From Eledone cirrhosa (Eukaryota), in contig OZ024741.1 of NCBI GenBank assembly GCA_964016885.1, forward strand, positions 204,290,001 through 204,354,000: 64,000 nt of DNA, written 5' to 3'. The notes under the pieces are model-generated. The model was given only the letters and a program-made list of their open reading frames with translations. It had not been told where the DNA came from and did no database searches. Shown here in pieces: positions 12,678 through 25,915 of the stretch. Both the position numbers and the translations under genes were made by a program. Position 1 is the first letter of the stretch. Every line of letters starts with the position of its first letter.

Positions 12678-13428
12678 CTATTGTTGTTATTATTGTTATT
12701 GTAACTGCTATCAATATTTTTATTATAATTATTACATTCAGTGGACAAATTCATTCATCCATTTATTTGTTTATTTTTCTATTTACTTGGTGACGTGAAG
12801 CTTTCGGCTACTGTAGTTTGTTTACTGCGGATTGTCATTACAAATCTGCTGACCCGATACTGGGTCATTGAAGCGTGACACAAATACTGAACAGAGATTA
12901 ACTTCACAGCGACCCCCTCCTAAACGGTCATTGTTTTACTTTCTGTTTACACTCCCACACTACCCCATAAAAACAACACTTTGAATGTCCAGCTCACATA
13001 ACAGTACATGCACACGCACACATATAAACACCTCAATTAAAAACAAACGCACAAGCACGCACACACTCACAGAGACACATATGAATAGATACACTAACTC
13101 ATAGACACATACGCACATGAAAATATGTGTATACATACGCACATGAGTAGCCCTGCCTATGCACTCAAATACTTTCATAGGCCTACATACACGATAAAAT
13201 AGGGCCGATGTTTATACATAATTATCATCTCAAAAATCCCATTGAACTCTGTATTATTTGTTGAATCGCCAGTCTAAAGAACATATCGATAATGGAGTCG
13301 GATCCATAACTTCTGTGGGTGACCCTGAGCTAATCCTCTGCGAAACGCATGTAACAGGTTGATACAAAATAAAAAACTAAATACATGTAAACGAAATTTC
13401 ATTGTTTTTCCTAATATAGATGTGTGTG

Positions 13429-13550
<122 letters not shown>

Positions 13551-13554
13551 TGTG

Positions 13555-13990
13555 TGTTGTTATATTTGGGGAGGGTCATGTTATAATATTGCCAGAAAAA
13601 TATCTAGTAAAACACACTCTCTGTTTGGTTTGGGTTGGTTTTCGCTTCGGTATATTTTATATTTTTATAATTAATTTAGCTGGTATCAATGATTATCATT
13701 GATTGACCAACAGTTAAAAATATAGATACAAATATAGTTTCTCAGAGATCTTTCGTCACACACGTGTGACATCATCAATGATGTTATGTTTCCTCCCGTT
13801 GTATTGCTGTAATATTTTCTTATTCTATTTTTTTTTATTGTCGCATCTGCTTGCGCATGCGTTTGTGTGCGTGTACGTGTGTTCATGCCTGAGTCTATGT
13901 ATGTTTGTATTCTACCTTTTGTCACTAATGTGTGTTTATGTGTGCGTGTTGTTATTGTATCTGTGTGTGTGTATATATGTCTGAAATGCA
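13555..13990 (-). mobile_element. pLTR-like repeat (GGGAGGGTCATG family) with a hammerhead
   Basis: Minus strand TCA-TTGATGA-tGTCACAcgtgTGTGAC-GAAA-GATC-TC-TGA at ~13743-13780. Homologous to 20360-20785 and 21616-22043. Confidence 0.7.
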
Positions 13991-14878
13991 TAGACGGTTG
14001 CCCCCCTTGCTTCTGCTAGACACAATGCATAGCTACGGGTTCCTAGATGTTTCCTGTAAACATACCGTGTTTCTTTAGAAATACGAAATTTCTATACTAT
14101 CTGTATACAGCTATGCCTGAAGCTAAATCTTATATATATATTTATATATATATATTGGTAGTAGGGTTGCTAGGATGCGTCCATAGGCGGTATGCCAGTT
14201 GAGCACTCCTTCGGAGCAGAGTATAATAATAATATGGAAAACGAAGAATCAGTGATGCATCGGAACACAGTTTATTACGTATTACAATTCTTTTTCCGGC
14301 GAACAGCTCGAGGTGCGATCTGTTTATGGATCGAATCTGACTATAGATTCGCAAGTTCCTCAGATACGTCTAATGGTTTCGAAGCAAATCCTCTGTCTGT
14401 TGGACTCCGATCCTTAGAATTTTTATCATCTGCCATCATCCTGTTTGCGTGGGTCGTCGATTGGTCAAGAGATCGAGGCGTCATCTGTATATTTGACCAT
14501 TCAAATTTGCCCACTGACCATTTCCATTCAGGCGTGAGCTGTCACTCACCTTAATTCTGTCGCCAGAATTACTGCTAGATGGGCAAATGGTTATGAACTG
14601 CCTTGCCAGTCTCTAGCTTGCCCACACACACGTGTGCTCACACATAGACAGACATTCCGAGCTCCTGCTCAGACACTTATCTGTGTGGACATACACACAC
14701 ACACACACACATAGAGCTCGTGCGTTTGCATACACACGTACACATACATATATACACCCCTCATATATAGGTACATGCTTACACAGACATACGCACACAC
14801 GTACACATACACGGACCCACCGATATACATATATCTATCCATACATACACTCACATATATAAATATATATATACACAC

Positions 14879-14920
<42 letters not shown>

Positions 14921-15699
14921 GTATGCACACATATGAAAAGAAACTGTACAAAACAACTTGGAAAGTACATAGAAACATGCATATGATGCTGTACATCAGG
15001 GAGTACACAGAAAATTTACGTGAAGAAATACGTAAAAAATACAAAAACAATGCATATAGGGAATACGTCAAACTATGCACGCAACATCTACATAGCGGTG
15101 TATACGTATATGCAGACACACTTTGATGCACATGTTGAGTGAGTTGGCATTAGGGTGTTAACGTGAAATAATCCACATAAAGAAACCTTATAAAAAAAAT
15201 TACATATGGGAAGCTCATAGGAATGCAAAGGATATACTTAAAACATATATAAAAAATATATTTTAAAAATACATATGAGGGTGTACATTAAAAAATACAT
15301 AAAACGTTATATAATGGAATACGTAGAGAAAACACATACCCTACATAAAAAGATATATGCAGGGAATACGGAAAAACCGTTTGTAACGGAGTATGGTACT
15401 GTGGCAGAAACAGAGTGTATTAGTGATGTGTGATACAGGATTGAGTATACCCATGGGAATTACACCGCCGTGCCCTGGCTATTGCGACGGCGGTGTTCAA
15501 GACAAAATACAGAATCAAATGTGTAGCATTGAGTGTGTCGACATGCCCCCACCGGGCTTACATAGTCATCAAGGTATGATGTCGGATCCTATGGACCCGC
15601 GTCGCAACCTCGACTGACGTCTGCTTTCCCGTATGGCTCTAGTTGGAGCCATCCGGGGGTTCCCATGCCGAGAGTATGCACTTTCGTTGGTGTCTACAT

Positions 15700-16990
15700 G
15701 TCATGATGATCTCCGATTTCAGGTTGACTGCGTCATCCTTTAATCTCATTATCTCCATGGCCTCGGGGGCACAGCCTGCACTTCCCCTCGCCGGCCGAAT
15801 ATGCACTGGCACGTTGAACGATACTCCAGTTGAGATCGTACGTGGTGCCGCTGTCCTTCAAGTCCCATATCAGGTCCGCCAATCTAGTGGAGTGTCTCTT
15901 GCTCCGGTCCTTGAAAGAGTTCGTGTGATTGTAGATCTTCGATTTAAAGGTCGTGGATGCTGCGCCGATGTAGGTGCGCTTGGTGTTGTGCGTGCTAACC
16001 ACACATTTGTAGACAACGCCCTTCATTAGACATCTTTCCTGCAGAAGGCATTGTGTGCCCACTCGGCAGTTGCATGTTCGGGCTGTATGCTGCTCATTCC
16101 TTATGTTTATACCATTACTTATTTGTATAGGTAAGTATATTTTACCTGTATTTTTTGTAAAGGTACGTATACTTTCTCGTACATATATTTGCTTGTATAT
16201 GTTATGGCGTGTATATTATATATACTGGTACATGTGCATATCGTTATGCGTATACCAGAGTTTTGCGTCGGTGTGAGTATGCGGATTCGTACGTATGTAG
16301 GGTGTGTGTATATGTGTACTTTGTGTTTTGGTTGACGTACGTCAGCGTACATATGTGTTTTACAGATGGTATGTGTGTGAGCGCGTTTATACGTATTTAT
16401 GTGTGTATATTTCTATACGTTTATATAATTATACACTCACACACACATATATATTTTTTTTTATATATATTTTTATGTGTATTTGGTGTATATGTTCGTA
16501 TGCGTTCGGGTACGGGCATTGCGTGGGGTCTGTATGTGCGTGCGTGTTGTTGTTTTTGTTGTTTTTTTGTACGTGCTTGTATTGGCATACCCGTTGCGTG
16601 TGTTTTCGCGGATGCTTGTGTATGTACGTATATGGTTGCGTGCATGTATATATTTAATTTCGATTACCTCTGTCATTTATTTACTTTATTCTTAACTCTG
16701 AAGCCGGGAATCATTCGGTTTCCTAATAGAATTTTAGTCTACGACTTCAGTTATACCATATAAGTGGTTTTGTCTTTGCGTGTAATTGTTTTCACCGCTC
16801 CAATTTATGACGTATTATCTTTGTCTTTCTCCGTTCTTTGCCAGGGAACGTTTCCACGAACCAAAGTATCGTCTTCCTGTCTTCCTTCGGTTGCAACGTT
16901 TGTTGAAATATTTACATCTGCGTTCATAGATTGATTTTTTTAGTTTCAGAAGGTCCCGTTAAGGGTGAAAGCAGCGATTCTTTGCTTAAA
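15700..16990 (-). mobile_element. Degenerate PLE
   Basis: GIY-YIG ORF 15733-16062 (VVYKCVV...YIGAA..FKSKIYNH...CRLC), upstream TCNCR linker and IWYN at ~16750. Inverted degenerate hammerhead at ~16945-16975. Confidence 0.8.
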
Positions 16991-17003
16991 CTTTAATCTG
17001 TTA

Positions 17004-17093
<90 letters not shown>

Positions 17094-17134
17094 TTAGTGC
17101 TCTGAAATAGCGATATATATATATGAATGTATAT

Positions 17135-17325
17135 ATAGTGTATTTTGCAATACACTGTATGCTTAATTAAAAGCATTTCGAAGACCTTACGCTATTGTTT
17201 TAGAGTAGTGACAGTCTCACTTACTTTAAATTTTCAGCAAACAGGGGAGATAAAGCTGACAGAGCTCTGTTTCGCACTTTTTGGTGCTTATCACAGCTAG
17301 GTACTCCGCCTGTTTGCTGAAAATC
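17135..17325 (-). mobile_element. pLTR-like repeat with a hammerhead-like hairpin
   Basis: Minus strand GCAC..aaaaa..GTGC-GAAA-CAGAGCTCTG-TC. 17135-17251 recurs inverted at ~23673-23785. Confidence 0.55.
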
Positions 17326-17360
17326 ATGAATGTTTGATTCTTATAGAATTGTAGTAATAA

Positions 17361-18620
17361 TCAAGAACTGATTATACAGAGCGGTTGCCGGTCAAGCAGA
17401 AATTGAAATTGAAAAAGCGTATATGAACAGACAGGATGTAACCAGTTGACAAATGCTAAGGCGGAGAAGCCGAGAACTAGGAAAAGACACTGATGAAAAG
17501 AAAGCCCAAGTTGTACAAAAAAGGGACATGGTGGCATGGGGAAGCTGAGACTGTCTGCAGCTTTGCACACCCCAATGAAGAGAAGACTGTATGCAAAAGC
17601 AGTACAGGCTGTAGCTGCAGAGCAACAATCTTTTTTAAACATGGCAGAAAATATTGTGAGACAGCTGATTGGGCTTCATCAAATTCAAAGCCAAAGTCAG
17701 TCACACCAACAATCACGACCACCATAAATAAAGGACCCAGAGTGGCCACCACTGACACCCACCCAAATGTCACGCCACTACAACTACTAAATGTCAGAGG
17801 CCTAGTAAAACTGACCAATATGAGCAAAACCCCCTACCTGAGAGACCGAGCTTCAAGGAATTAAGCAATATGCATGGCACTAACTGAAACTCACCTGCCA
17901 GCTAGCATAGTAGGTGTGGAAATCCACATACCAGAGTATGTTATATTTAGTACTGACAGGAGGGAGAGAACTCATGGTGGAGTTCCTTTGTACATCCGTG
18001 AAGGTGTTATAACATTAGTACTTTTGTCACATTCCATCTCTATCTGTGACATGCTAGTAGTACACATAAAGCAACTCAAAATAGCTAGTATGTGTCACAT
18101 ATCGACCACCTGATGCTGCTAGTCATGCGGACAAATTTGAAGATAGCCTCAGAAAGATGTTAGAGTGCAGATATGCAGCCGACAAGAAGCACTTGGTTTC
18201 CATAAAGCTATCTGGAAAAGGATTCAGGAGGAAATTCTGAAGCAAAACTGAACCGATAGTCTCTCTACGGAAGATGTCAGCATACAACTTAAGCAATTCA
18301 TGGAATTAATGCAAGCCATATGCTATAGATTTTCCCCGGAAAGAAAGGTCAGCAAACACAAAAATATTATTCCTAGAGAGAAGATCCTTATGAGACGGAG
18401 AACGAAGATCTCAAACCGGCTACATATATAAGAAAAGAACAAGAAGGAATCCCAATTAAAGCATGCACTGTTTGAAATTGAGAATGAACTCAAACTCCCC
18501 AATGAAAAGGAGAGGACAGAAAGAGAAACTGGGGTTATAGAAAGCATAAAGACGAACCTTAGGGCTTTCTTTGAATTTCCAAAAGCAACTGACTCCGTAC
18601 ACTACGGATATGGCCACTTT
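17361..18620 (+). mobile_element. Degenerate CR1/Jockey-group LINE (Cys/His-rich region, APE endonuclease, internally deleted)
   Basis: LLNVRGL, ALTETHL, DRRERTHGGVPLYIRE and YRPP endonuclease motifs, followed by an IESIKTNLRAFF linker. Confidence 0.7.
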
Positions 18621-19354
18621 TACGTAATTTTAACCCTGGAGGTTAAAATGATTAAGGGACGAAGTTTATCGAATATAATGGACATAGCTCAGATCGTTTC
18701 CTCACTCACTCAATAATCTAATTAAGTCCGTGTTATCAAAATTTGAACTCAACCTATTAGAGTGTACACATACATGAATCAGTGAGGATGACGATTTCGT
18801 GTAGGTGGGAGAATTAAGATACCCGGACTAATGCACCAGTTTCTACGATTCCGATCTGCAGGCGGTGGTCAGAGTGGAACAACCATGTGCAGAAAATTAG
18901 GTTATGTTAGTATGCATTACGTAATTTGGCGTGGAGCCGCGTCGTCAGCAGGAGTTCGCCTCCCTATAATGGAAAGTTCCGTATGGCGTGCTAGTACATC
19001 CCATTGCTGGACACAAGTGAATGTAGTAGTAGTCCTCAACTTTTAGTGACGTGTGACGTTACATCAAAGAGAAGATAAGGCATATAGTTATGTATCTACC
19101 TAAATGTTCTGAAGACTAGGATTTTAATCACCTGTTTAAGCATTCCCTATGCTCCGATGATTCCAGACATCCCTCTGGAAGAAACAATTGTCAGCAAATA
19201 AATATATTAAACTAAGATTTGATTGTTTTAATATTTTGTGTATATATATATATGTGTGTGTCTGTGTGTGTGTGTAGTAATAATAATAATAAATGTGAAA
19301 ACTAAAATCCGAAGAGGGCCCGATAAGGATAATATATATCAAATATATAAATAT

Positions 19355-19428
<74 letters not shown>

Positions 19429-19431
<3 letters not shown>

Positions 19432-19530
19432 CATTCGATTCGTTTGCAATTTTGCAAACAAGCCTCAATTTTATAGCCATGTCAGGAGAATAAACACTTC
19501 ATTCTTGCTCTTATGTTGGCATGCTAACAG

Positions 19531-19601
<71 letters not shown>

Positions 19602-19708
19602 CAGTTCTGTTCGCATGCCAACATAAGAGCAAGAATGAAGTGTTTATTCTCCTGACATGGCTATAAAATTGAGGCTTGTTTGCAAAATTGCAAACGAATC
19701 GAATGTTA
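19429..19708. repeat. ~105-bp inverted repeat around a (TA)n spacer
   Basis: 19429-19534 is the near-perfect reverse complement of 19603-19708. Confidence 0.9.
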
Positions 19709-19725
19709 TTATTAATGTTCGGAAA

Positions 19726-19916
19726 GGGCGGTGGATTGGCAGTATCGGTAGAGGGTCGGACGCCATGCTTTGACGCATAGAGTTACGGTCCTTGCCATTC
19801 TGAGTTCAAATCCCGCCGAGGTTTACTTTGCCTTTCATCCTTACGGGCTCGATAAAATAAAGTACCAGTAATGCACTGAGTAATTACTGGCCTTGTGCCA
19901 AAAGTAGAAACAATTT
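19726..19916 (+). mobile_element. Full-length tRNA-derived SINE with a 14-bp target-site duplication (TSD)
   Basis: A box TGGCAGTATCGG and B box GAGTTCAAATCC. TSD TTAATGTTCGGAAA at 19712-19725 and 19917-19930. Confidence 0.9.
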
Positions 19917-19986
19917 TTAATGTTCGGAAAACTCAGATTACATTTATTGTATTCAGCCATGTAGAGCGAAAACTTTATTTTTTATA

Positions 19987-20017
<31 letters not shown>

Positions 20018-20229
20018 AAATATATAAATATATAAATATATATATAAATATATATATAAATATATATATAAATATATATATATAGCTCAAATATATAAAT
20101 ATATATATATATATATATAGCTCTGGTTCATCTGAACCATTGAGCACTTGCCTCACATCTCGGAGATTGTTTTTCGTTATTTCGTGGGCCGAAATACGAA
20201 TCTCGATAATTTATGTTTGTTTATATATA

Positions 20230-20305
<76 letters not shown>

Positions 20306-20359
20306 AATATATATATATTTCGTTTCTGAATTTGTTTATCTGAAAACGTGTGTTGAAAC

Positions 20360-21470
20360 CGATATTGTTATACTTTGGGAGGGTCATGTTGCCAATAAGA
20401 AACACACGCACCAGTTGCTTTCACTTCAATTTATTATAATAAATTTATAAATTTAGGAATTTATAAATTTCCGGTTGATTCCACAACCAGATGATTGTTT
20501 ATATATTGTCAAAGTTCTTTCGTCACACATTCTGTGACATCTTCAGTGACTGGGGATTCTTTTCTTTGTTTTTGTGCCTCTCCTTTGTTCTGTCCTACGC
20601 CATCTTGTTTTTGTGTGTGTTGCGTGCTTAGTTTGCGCATGTGTTACATCCGGGTGTCTGTGTTTGTTTATATTTGTTTATTTATTTGTTTATTTACATT
20701 TACTGGTTGGTTGTTTGTTCTATGTGCGTGTGTGTTTTCATTTTGTCCTTAATTGTAAGTTGTAACGTTGCTGTTCCATTCATGTTTTCTATTTAATTTT
20801 AATTTTTAATTAAAATTTTAATTTTAATTTTTAATTTTTAATTTTTAATTTTTAATTTTTAATTTTTAATTTTTAATTTTTAATTTTTAATTTTTAATTT
20901 TTAATTTTTAATTTTTAATTTTTAATTTTTAATTTTTAATTTTAGTTAGAGTTCATTCATGTTTACACCCGGATGTAACACATGACTTCAAAGAGATTTT
21001 TAGTTTTATCGGAAAGAAAAAAGTGTTTGTAGAATTTTTAAAATTAGAAATATCGTTAGACAGTTTAGTTTGAAAATTATGTATATATATATATATGTAT
21101 ATATATTAGTTTAGCGAGGTTTTTTATATGAAATCGTGTGTCGAAACAGATATTGTTATACTTGGGGAGGGTGATATTTGCGTAATATTGCCAGAATTAA
21201 TAACAGAACACACTCACTGTTTGGTTGGTTTTCGCTTCTCGCTGTCTTTTTACATATGTAAACTATATATATGTGTTTGTGTCTATATTGTATCTGTATT
21301 ATTTTTGACCGTCGGTCAGTCAATGGCAACATTGAGGACCGAGTAAGTTAGATCGCAGATATAAAAGACAGCGAGAAGCGAAAACCAACCAAACAGTGAG
21401 TGTGTTCTGTTATTAATTCTGGCAATATTACGCAAATATGACCCTCCCCAAGTATAACAATATGTATATA

Positions 21471-21515
<45 letters not shown>

Positions 21516-22043
21516 GTATATATGTATATATATATGTATATATATATTTATATATATGTATATATATGTATATATATATAGGTATATATATGTATATATA
21601 TGTATGTATATGTATATGAATGGAACAGCAACATCTCAACTTACAATTAAGGACAAAATGAAAACACACGCACATAGAACAAACAACCAACCAGTAACAT
21701 GTAAATAAACAAATAAATAAACAAATATAAACACACACAGACACCCGGATGTAACACATGCGCAAACTAAGTACACAACACACACACAAACAAGATGGCG
21801 TAGGACAGAACAAAGGAGAGGCACAAAAACAAAGAAAAGAATCCCCAGTCACTGAAGAGGTCACAGAATGTGTGCGAAAGAATTTTGACAATATATAAAC
21901 AACCACCTGGTTGTGGAACCAACCAACCAACCGGAAATTTATAAATTCCTAAATTTATAAATTTATTATAATAAATTGAAGTGAAAGCAACTGGTGCGTG
22001 TGTTTCTTATTGGCAACATGACCCTCCCAGAGTATAACAATAT
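20360..22043. mobile_element. Nested inverted copies of the hammerhead-bearing pLTR-like family
   Basis: 20360-20785 versus 21616-22043 and 21149-21262 versus 21359-21461 are inverted pairs. CTGAAGA..GAAA cores at ~20507-20550 (-) and ~21848-21890 (+). Confidence 0.85.
20790..20944. repeat. (TTTTTAA)n heptamer tract
   Basis: Direct reading. Confidence 0.9.
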
Positions 22044-22044
22044 A

Positions 22045-22051
22045 TAGATAG

Positions 22052-22139
<88 letters not shown>
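22045..22139. repeat. (GATA)n microsatellite
   Basis: Direct reading. Confidence 0.95.
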
Positions 22140-22312
22140 GAGATTCTACAGGACTAGAACTGTTTCATGCTTTAGAAATCATCAGGAATCTGGCTTTCCA
22201 AAAATAAATGTTGTGGTATTTATATCTTTTCAGGTGGTAGAAGAGGGTAGGGAGTAGGATGGGTGGAGGTCATTGGTTGAAAGAAAAGGGAATTCATTAA
22301 AAGCTAATTCTT
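22137..22312 (-). mobile_element. pLTR-like repeat with a degenerate hammerhead
   Basis: Reverse complement of 26299-26475. CTGATGA-tttctaaagcat-GAAA. Confidence 0.65.
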
Positions 22313-22560
22313 TAAGGCTATAATTTATATTTAGAGTGACAAAGGCAGAAATAATTCTATAAACCAGTTCAAAATATTGGGTGCCTATCATATCATTATT
22401 GTCATATTTCTCTTAAGCTATATTCCAGGTGTCAACAGACACATTCACATACACACATATATATATACACACATATATATACACACACATATACATACAT
22501 ATATACATACACATACATATATTTATATATATATATATATGTGTATACACACACACACAT

Positions 22561-22639
<79 letters not shown>

Positions 22640-22722
22640 TACACATATATATACACACATATATATACATATATATACATACACACACATATATACATAT
22701 ATATATATACATATATATATAT

Positions 22723-23620
22723 ATGGTGGCTGCCAACTCGTTTTCGAGTACGGCCACTACTTTATATCCATGTAGGAGAACCCCTACCGATGCGCTGAAC
22801 GAGTGTGGCTTTTTAGTCCAGCCAGCGATTTGAAAACTCTGGTACAAACACTACACTTGTGACAATTATTGACACCTAGTGCTGGGCCCATGGCACCATG
22901 TGACCCGAGGTGTCGTGTGAGATCACTACTCGACCTGCATACCCTTCCACAAACATCACATGTCGTCGTCTGATGAACACTTATACCTCCACAGGTGCCT
23001 GCTTCCCTGTTCTTGTGCACTCCCAGGTGACTCTTTAGACCTGCCATGCTCAGACAAACCCTATTACAGGTCTCACATGTCAGGTCAGGCCGTCTGTCAG
23101 TGTCTTCGGGAAGGCCAACATGGATTCCTTTCCAGACATCTCTTTTTAGTGTCGCGTGCCTTCTTCTTGTTTCCTCAAATAGACTCTTGCCACTAGCCAT
23201 TGCTTTCCTCCAATGCGATCGGTCGCTAGCGCATACTTCCCAGTGCTCACAAGGGATGTTACTTTTCTTGAGCGCCTCCGTGATGCAGTCCTTAAAACGC
23301 ATCTTGGGTTTGCTCGCGTTCCGTTTTCCCATTTGGAGCTCGCCATAAAGCAGCTGCTTCGGCATTCGCTTGTCATTCATCCTTACAAGATGACCTGTCC
23401 AGCGCAGCTGATGTTTCAAAATCAAGGACTCGACACTATCACAGCCACTTCTGTCCAGAACCTTGACGTCACTGACAAACAATTGCCAGCTTATGCAGAG
23501 GATCCGACGTAAGCAGTACTCGTGGAACCTCTCAAGTCGCTTCATCTGTCTACGGTACCACCCACGTCTCACAAGCATAAAGAAGTGCCGCGAGCACACA
23601 CGCATGATACACTTTGAGCT
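22723..23620 (-). mobile_element. 5'-truncated RTE-clade LINE, ORF C-terminus with three C2H2 zinc fingers
   Basis: LERFHEYCLRRIL, QLRWTGHLVRM..KRMPKQLLYGEL and DRSHW RTE motifs. Three CxxC...H...H fingers before the stop at 22784. Confidence 0.9.
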
Positions 23621-23784
23621 ACATACATACATATATACACACACTTACATATACATACATATACAGGGGAGATATCTCCCCTGTTTGCTGAAAATTAAAG
23701 TAAGTGAGACTGTCACTACTCTAAAACAATAGCATAAGGTCTTCGAAATGCTTTTAATTAAGCATACAGTGTATTGCAAAATAC

Positions 23785-23824
<40 letters not shown>

Positions 23825-24146
23825 TAAAACATGTCTATAGAATCACCAGATAAAATATATACCATTTCCTCTCCCAATCAGCATAATTAACCATATAAAA
23901 AATCGATTAGACCAAGCTATAAGAATAAAGGCTTCTATGAAGAAATCTCCGACAAATAACCGAAAGCAACCCTTCGCGTCAGTTGCGACGGGAATATTTA
24001 TCGAGTATTTCGACAGCGTGTATGAATCGCTCAGATATACAGTCAACTAAACATAATTAGGTGTAAAGTAAACTAGGAGAAAAGTGAACATATTTAGTTA
24101 CCTCGACCATGGTTTCGTCCGCATTTTAAGATATCCGATAGCATCG

Positions 24147-24222
<76 letters not shown>

Positions 24223-24225
<3 letters not shown>

Positions 24226-25130
24226 TTCCTTGCTCACATTCCAACCAGGTTTGATGGTCTTTATTCTCTCACGTTCACGATTTCACCGAACTTATATTCA
24301 TGGAAATTTGGGACTTGACTCGTTCTTCCTCATTTTTCGTTGCTTCACCATCTTTGTTTGTTTACACTCTCGTGTCCCCTTTATTTACGTGTCCCAACGA
24401 CTTTTTTAGCCGTTGCTCGCACCAACCGGAGGTATATGGTCTTTAAAGCGATAAAATACCAATGATGGTTGGAAGATCACTGATGAAGGACTAACTTTAT
24501 TCATATGTAACCCATTAGCAACCACGCAGCACGTTTATTCTCATATTTACACATATTTTTTCCCCCGCTGTGACCCGTCTATTTCGTTCTTACTGCTTCC
24601 TCTTTCTCTGTATCTTTACGCTCTCTAACAGTCACTCTCTTTGTTAGCCTCTTCCTCACCCTTCACTCACTCACTCTCTGTTACTACCTCTCCTCCTCCT
24701 CCTTCTTCCCGTTTGACCTGTGCGTAATTCTTTTCTTTCGCACGCTTGGTCAGGCTGGTTCGACTTTTCTCTCTCTCTCGTCTACGATTTCACAGAACTT
24801 ATGTTCACCGAATTCACAGACTAGACTCCTTCTTCCTCCCGTTAGACCTGTACGGAATTCCTTCCTTGCTCACATTCCAACCAGGTTTGATGGTCTTTAT
24901 TCTCTCTCGTTCACGATTTCACCGAACTTATATTCATGGAAATTTGGGACTTGACTCGTTCTTCCTCACTTTTCGTTGTTTCACCATCTTTGTTTGTTTA
25001 CACTCTCGTGTCCCCTTTATTTACGTGTCCCAACGACTTTCTCGCGCCAACCGGAGGTATATGGTCTTTAAAGCGATGAAATACCAATGATGGTTGGAAG
25101 ATCACTGATGAAGGACTAACTTTATTCATA
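24223..25130 (+). mobile_element. Partial tandem repeat (~630-bp period), pLTR-like
   Basis: 24223-24505 is repeated at 24859-25130. An inverted copy lies at 47637-47778. CTGATGA near each unit end. Confidence 0.7.
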
Positions 25131-25237
25131 TATATATATATATACACACACATAAAGACACATATACACACATACGCATAAATATATATATACATATATA
25201 CACATACATACATATACACATATATATATATACATAT

Positions 25238-25846
25238 ATGGTGGCCGCCAACTCGTTTTCGAGTACGGCCACTACTTTATATCCATGTAAGAGAACCCCT
25301 ACCGATGCGCTGAACGAGTGTGACTTTTTAGTCCAGCCAGCGACTTGAAAACTCTGGTACAAACACTACACTTGTGACAATTATTGATACATAGTGCTGG
25401 GCCCATGGTACCATGTGACGACAAGTGCAGAGAGATCTCCAAATATAAAGCAATGCCTGTGCCGTGAAGCTTTTATAGTGAGCAAAGGCACTGCACAAAG
25501 CCAGTCCCACTCTCTTAACCAAGATGATATTTACCAAAAAGAAGAACAAGTCAACATCATTGGATACCATCAGGGTTGCAGGTGTTATATCAGTTTACCT
25601 TCTCCTAGAATTCTGCCTTGACAAATGCTAAGGGGTCCTCTCTCCCGGTGATTTTGGATGGCCATTGACTCTTAAGAGCTCATTTGCCCTTTGACAGGTT
25701 TTGTTTTTAGTCCTGCAGGATGTCCAAAGTCACCCTCCTCAGCAAGAAACCTTGGTGGGGCTGCCAGTTTAGTCGCCAACGACCCGACCATGAGACAGGT
25801 TGTACTGGGATACATGTTACCAGTAGCACCAACTGGTGACCTGACA
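25238..25846 (-). mobile_element. Full-length non-autonomous RTE-derived element (~610 nt)
   Basis: Near-identical to 33140-33750, with the same 5' end. Shares its 3' 180 nt with the RTE LINE. Confidence 0.85.
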
Positions 25847-25915
25847 TATGTATATATATATATATATACACATATATATTCATACATATATATATAGATA
25901 TATACACACACACAT

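Noticed and set aside
13321-13358. CTGAG...GAAACGCATGT hammerhead-like string
   Set aside because: The core deviates from CUGANGA and stem II does not pair convincingly.
14160-14610. GC-richer block with a 120-aa ORF
   Set aside because: Probably an unclassified repeat; no termini, second copy or motif found.
19726-19815. tRNA gene
   Set aside because: The A/B boxes belong to a SINE with a TSD; no cloverleaf.
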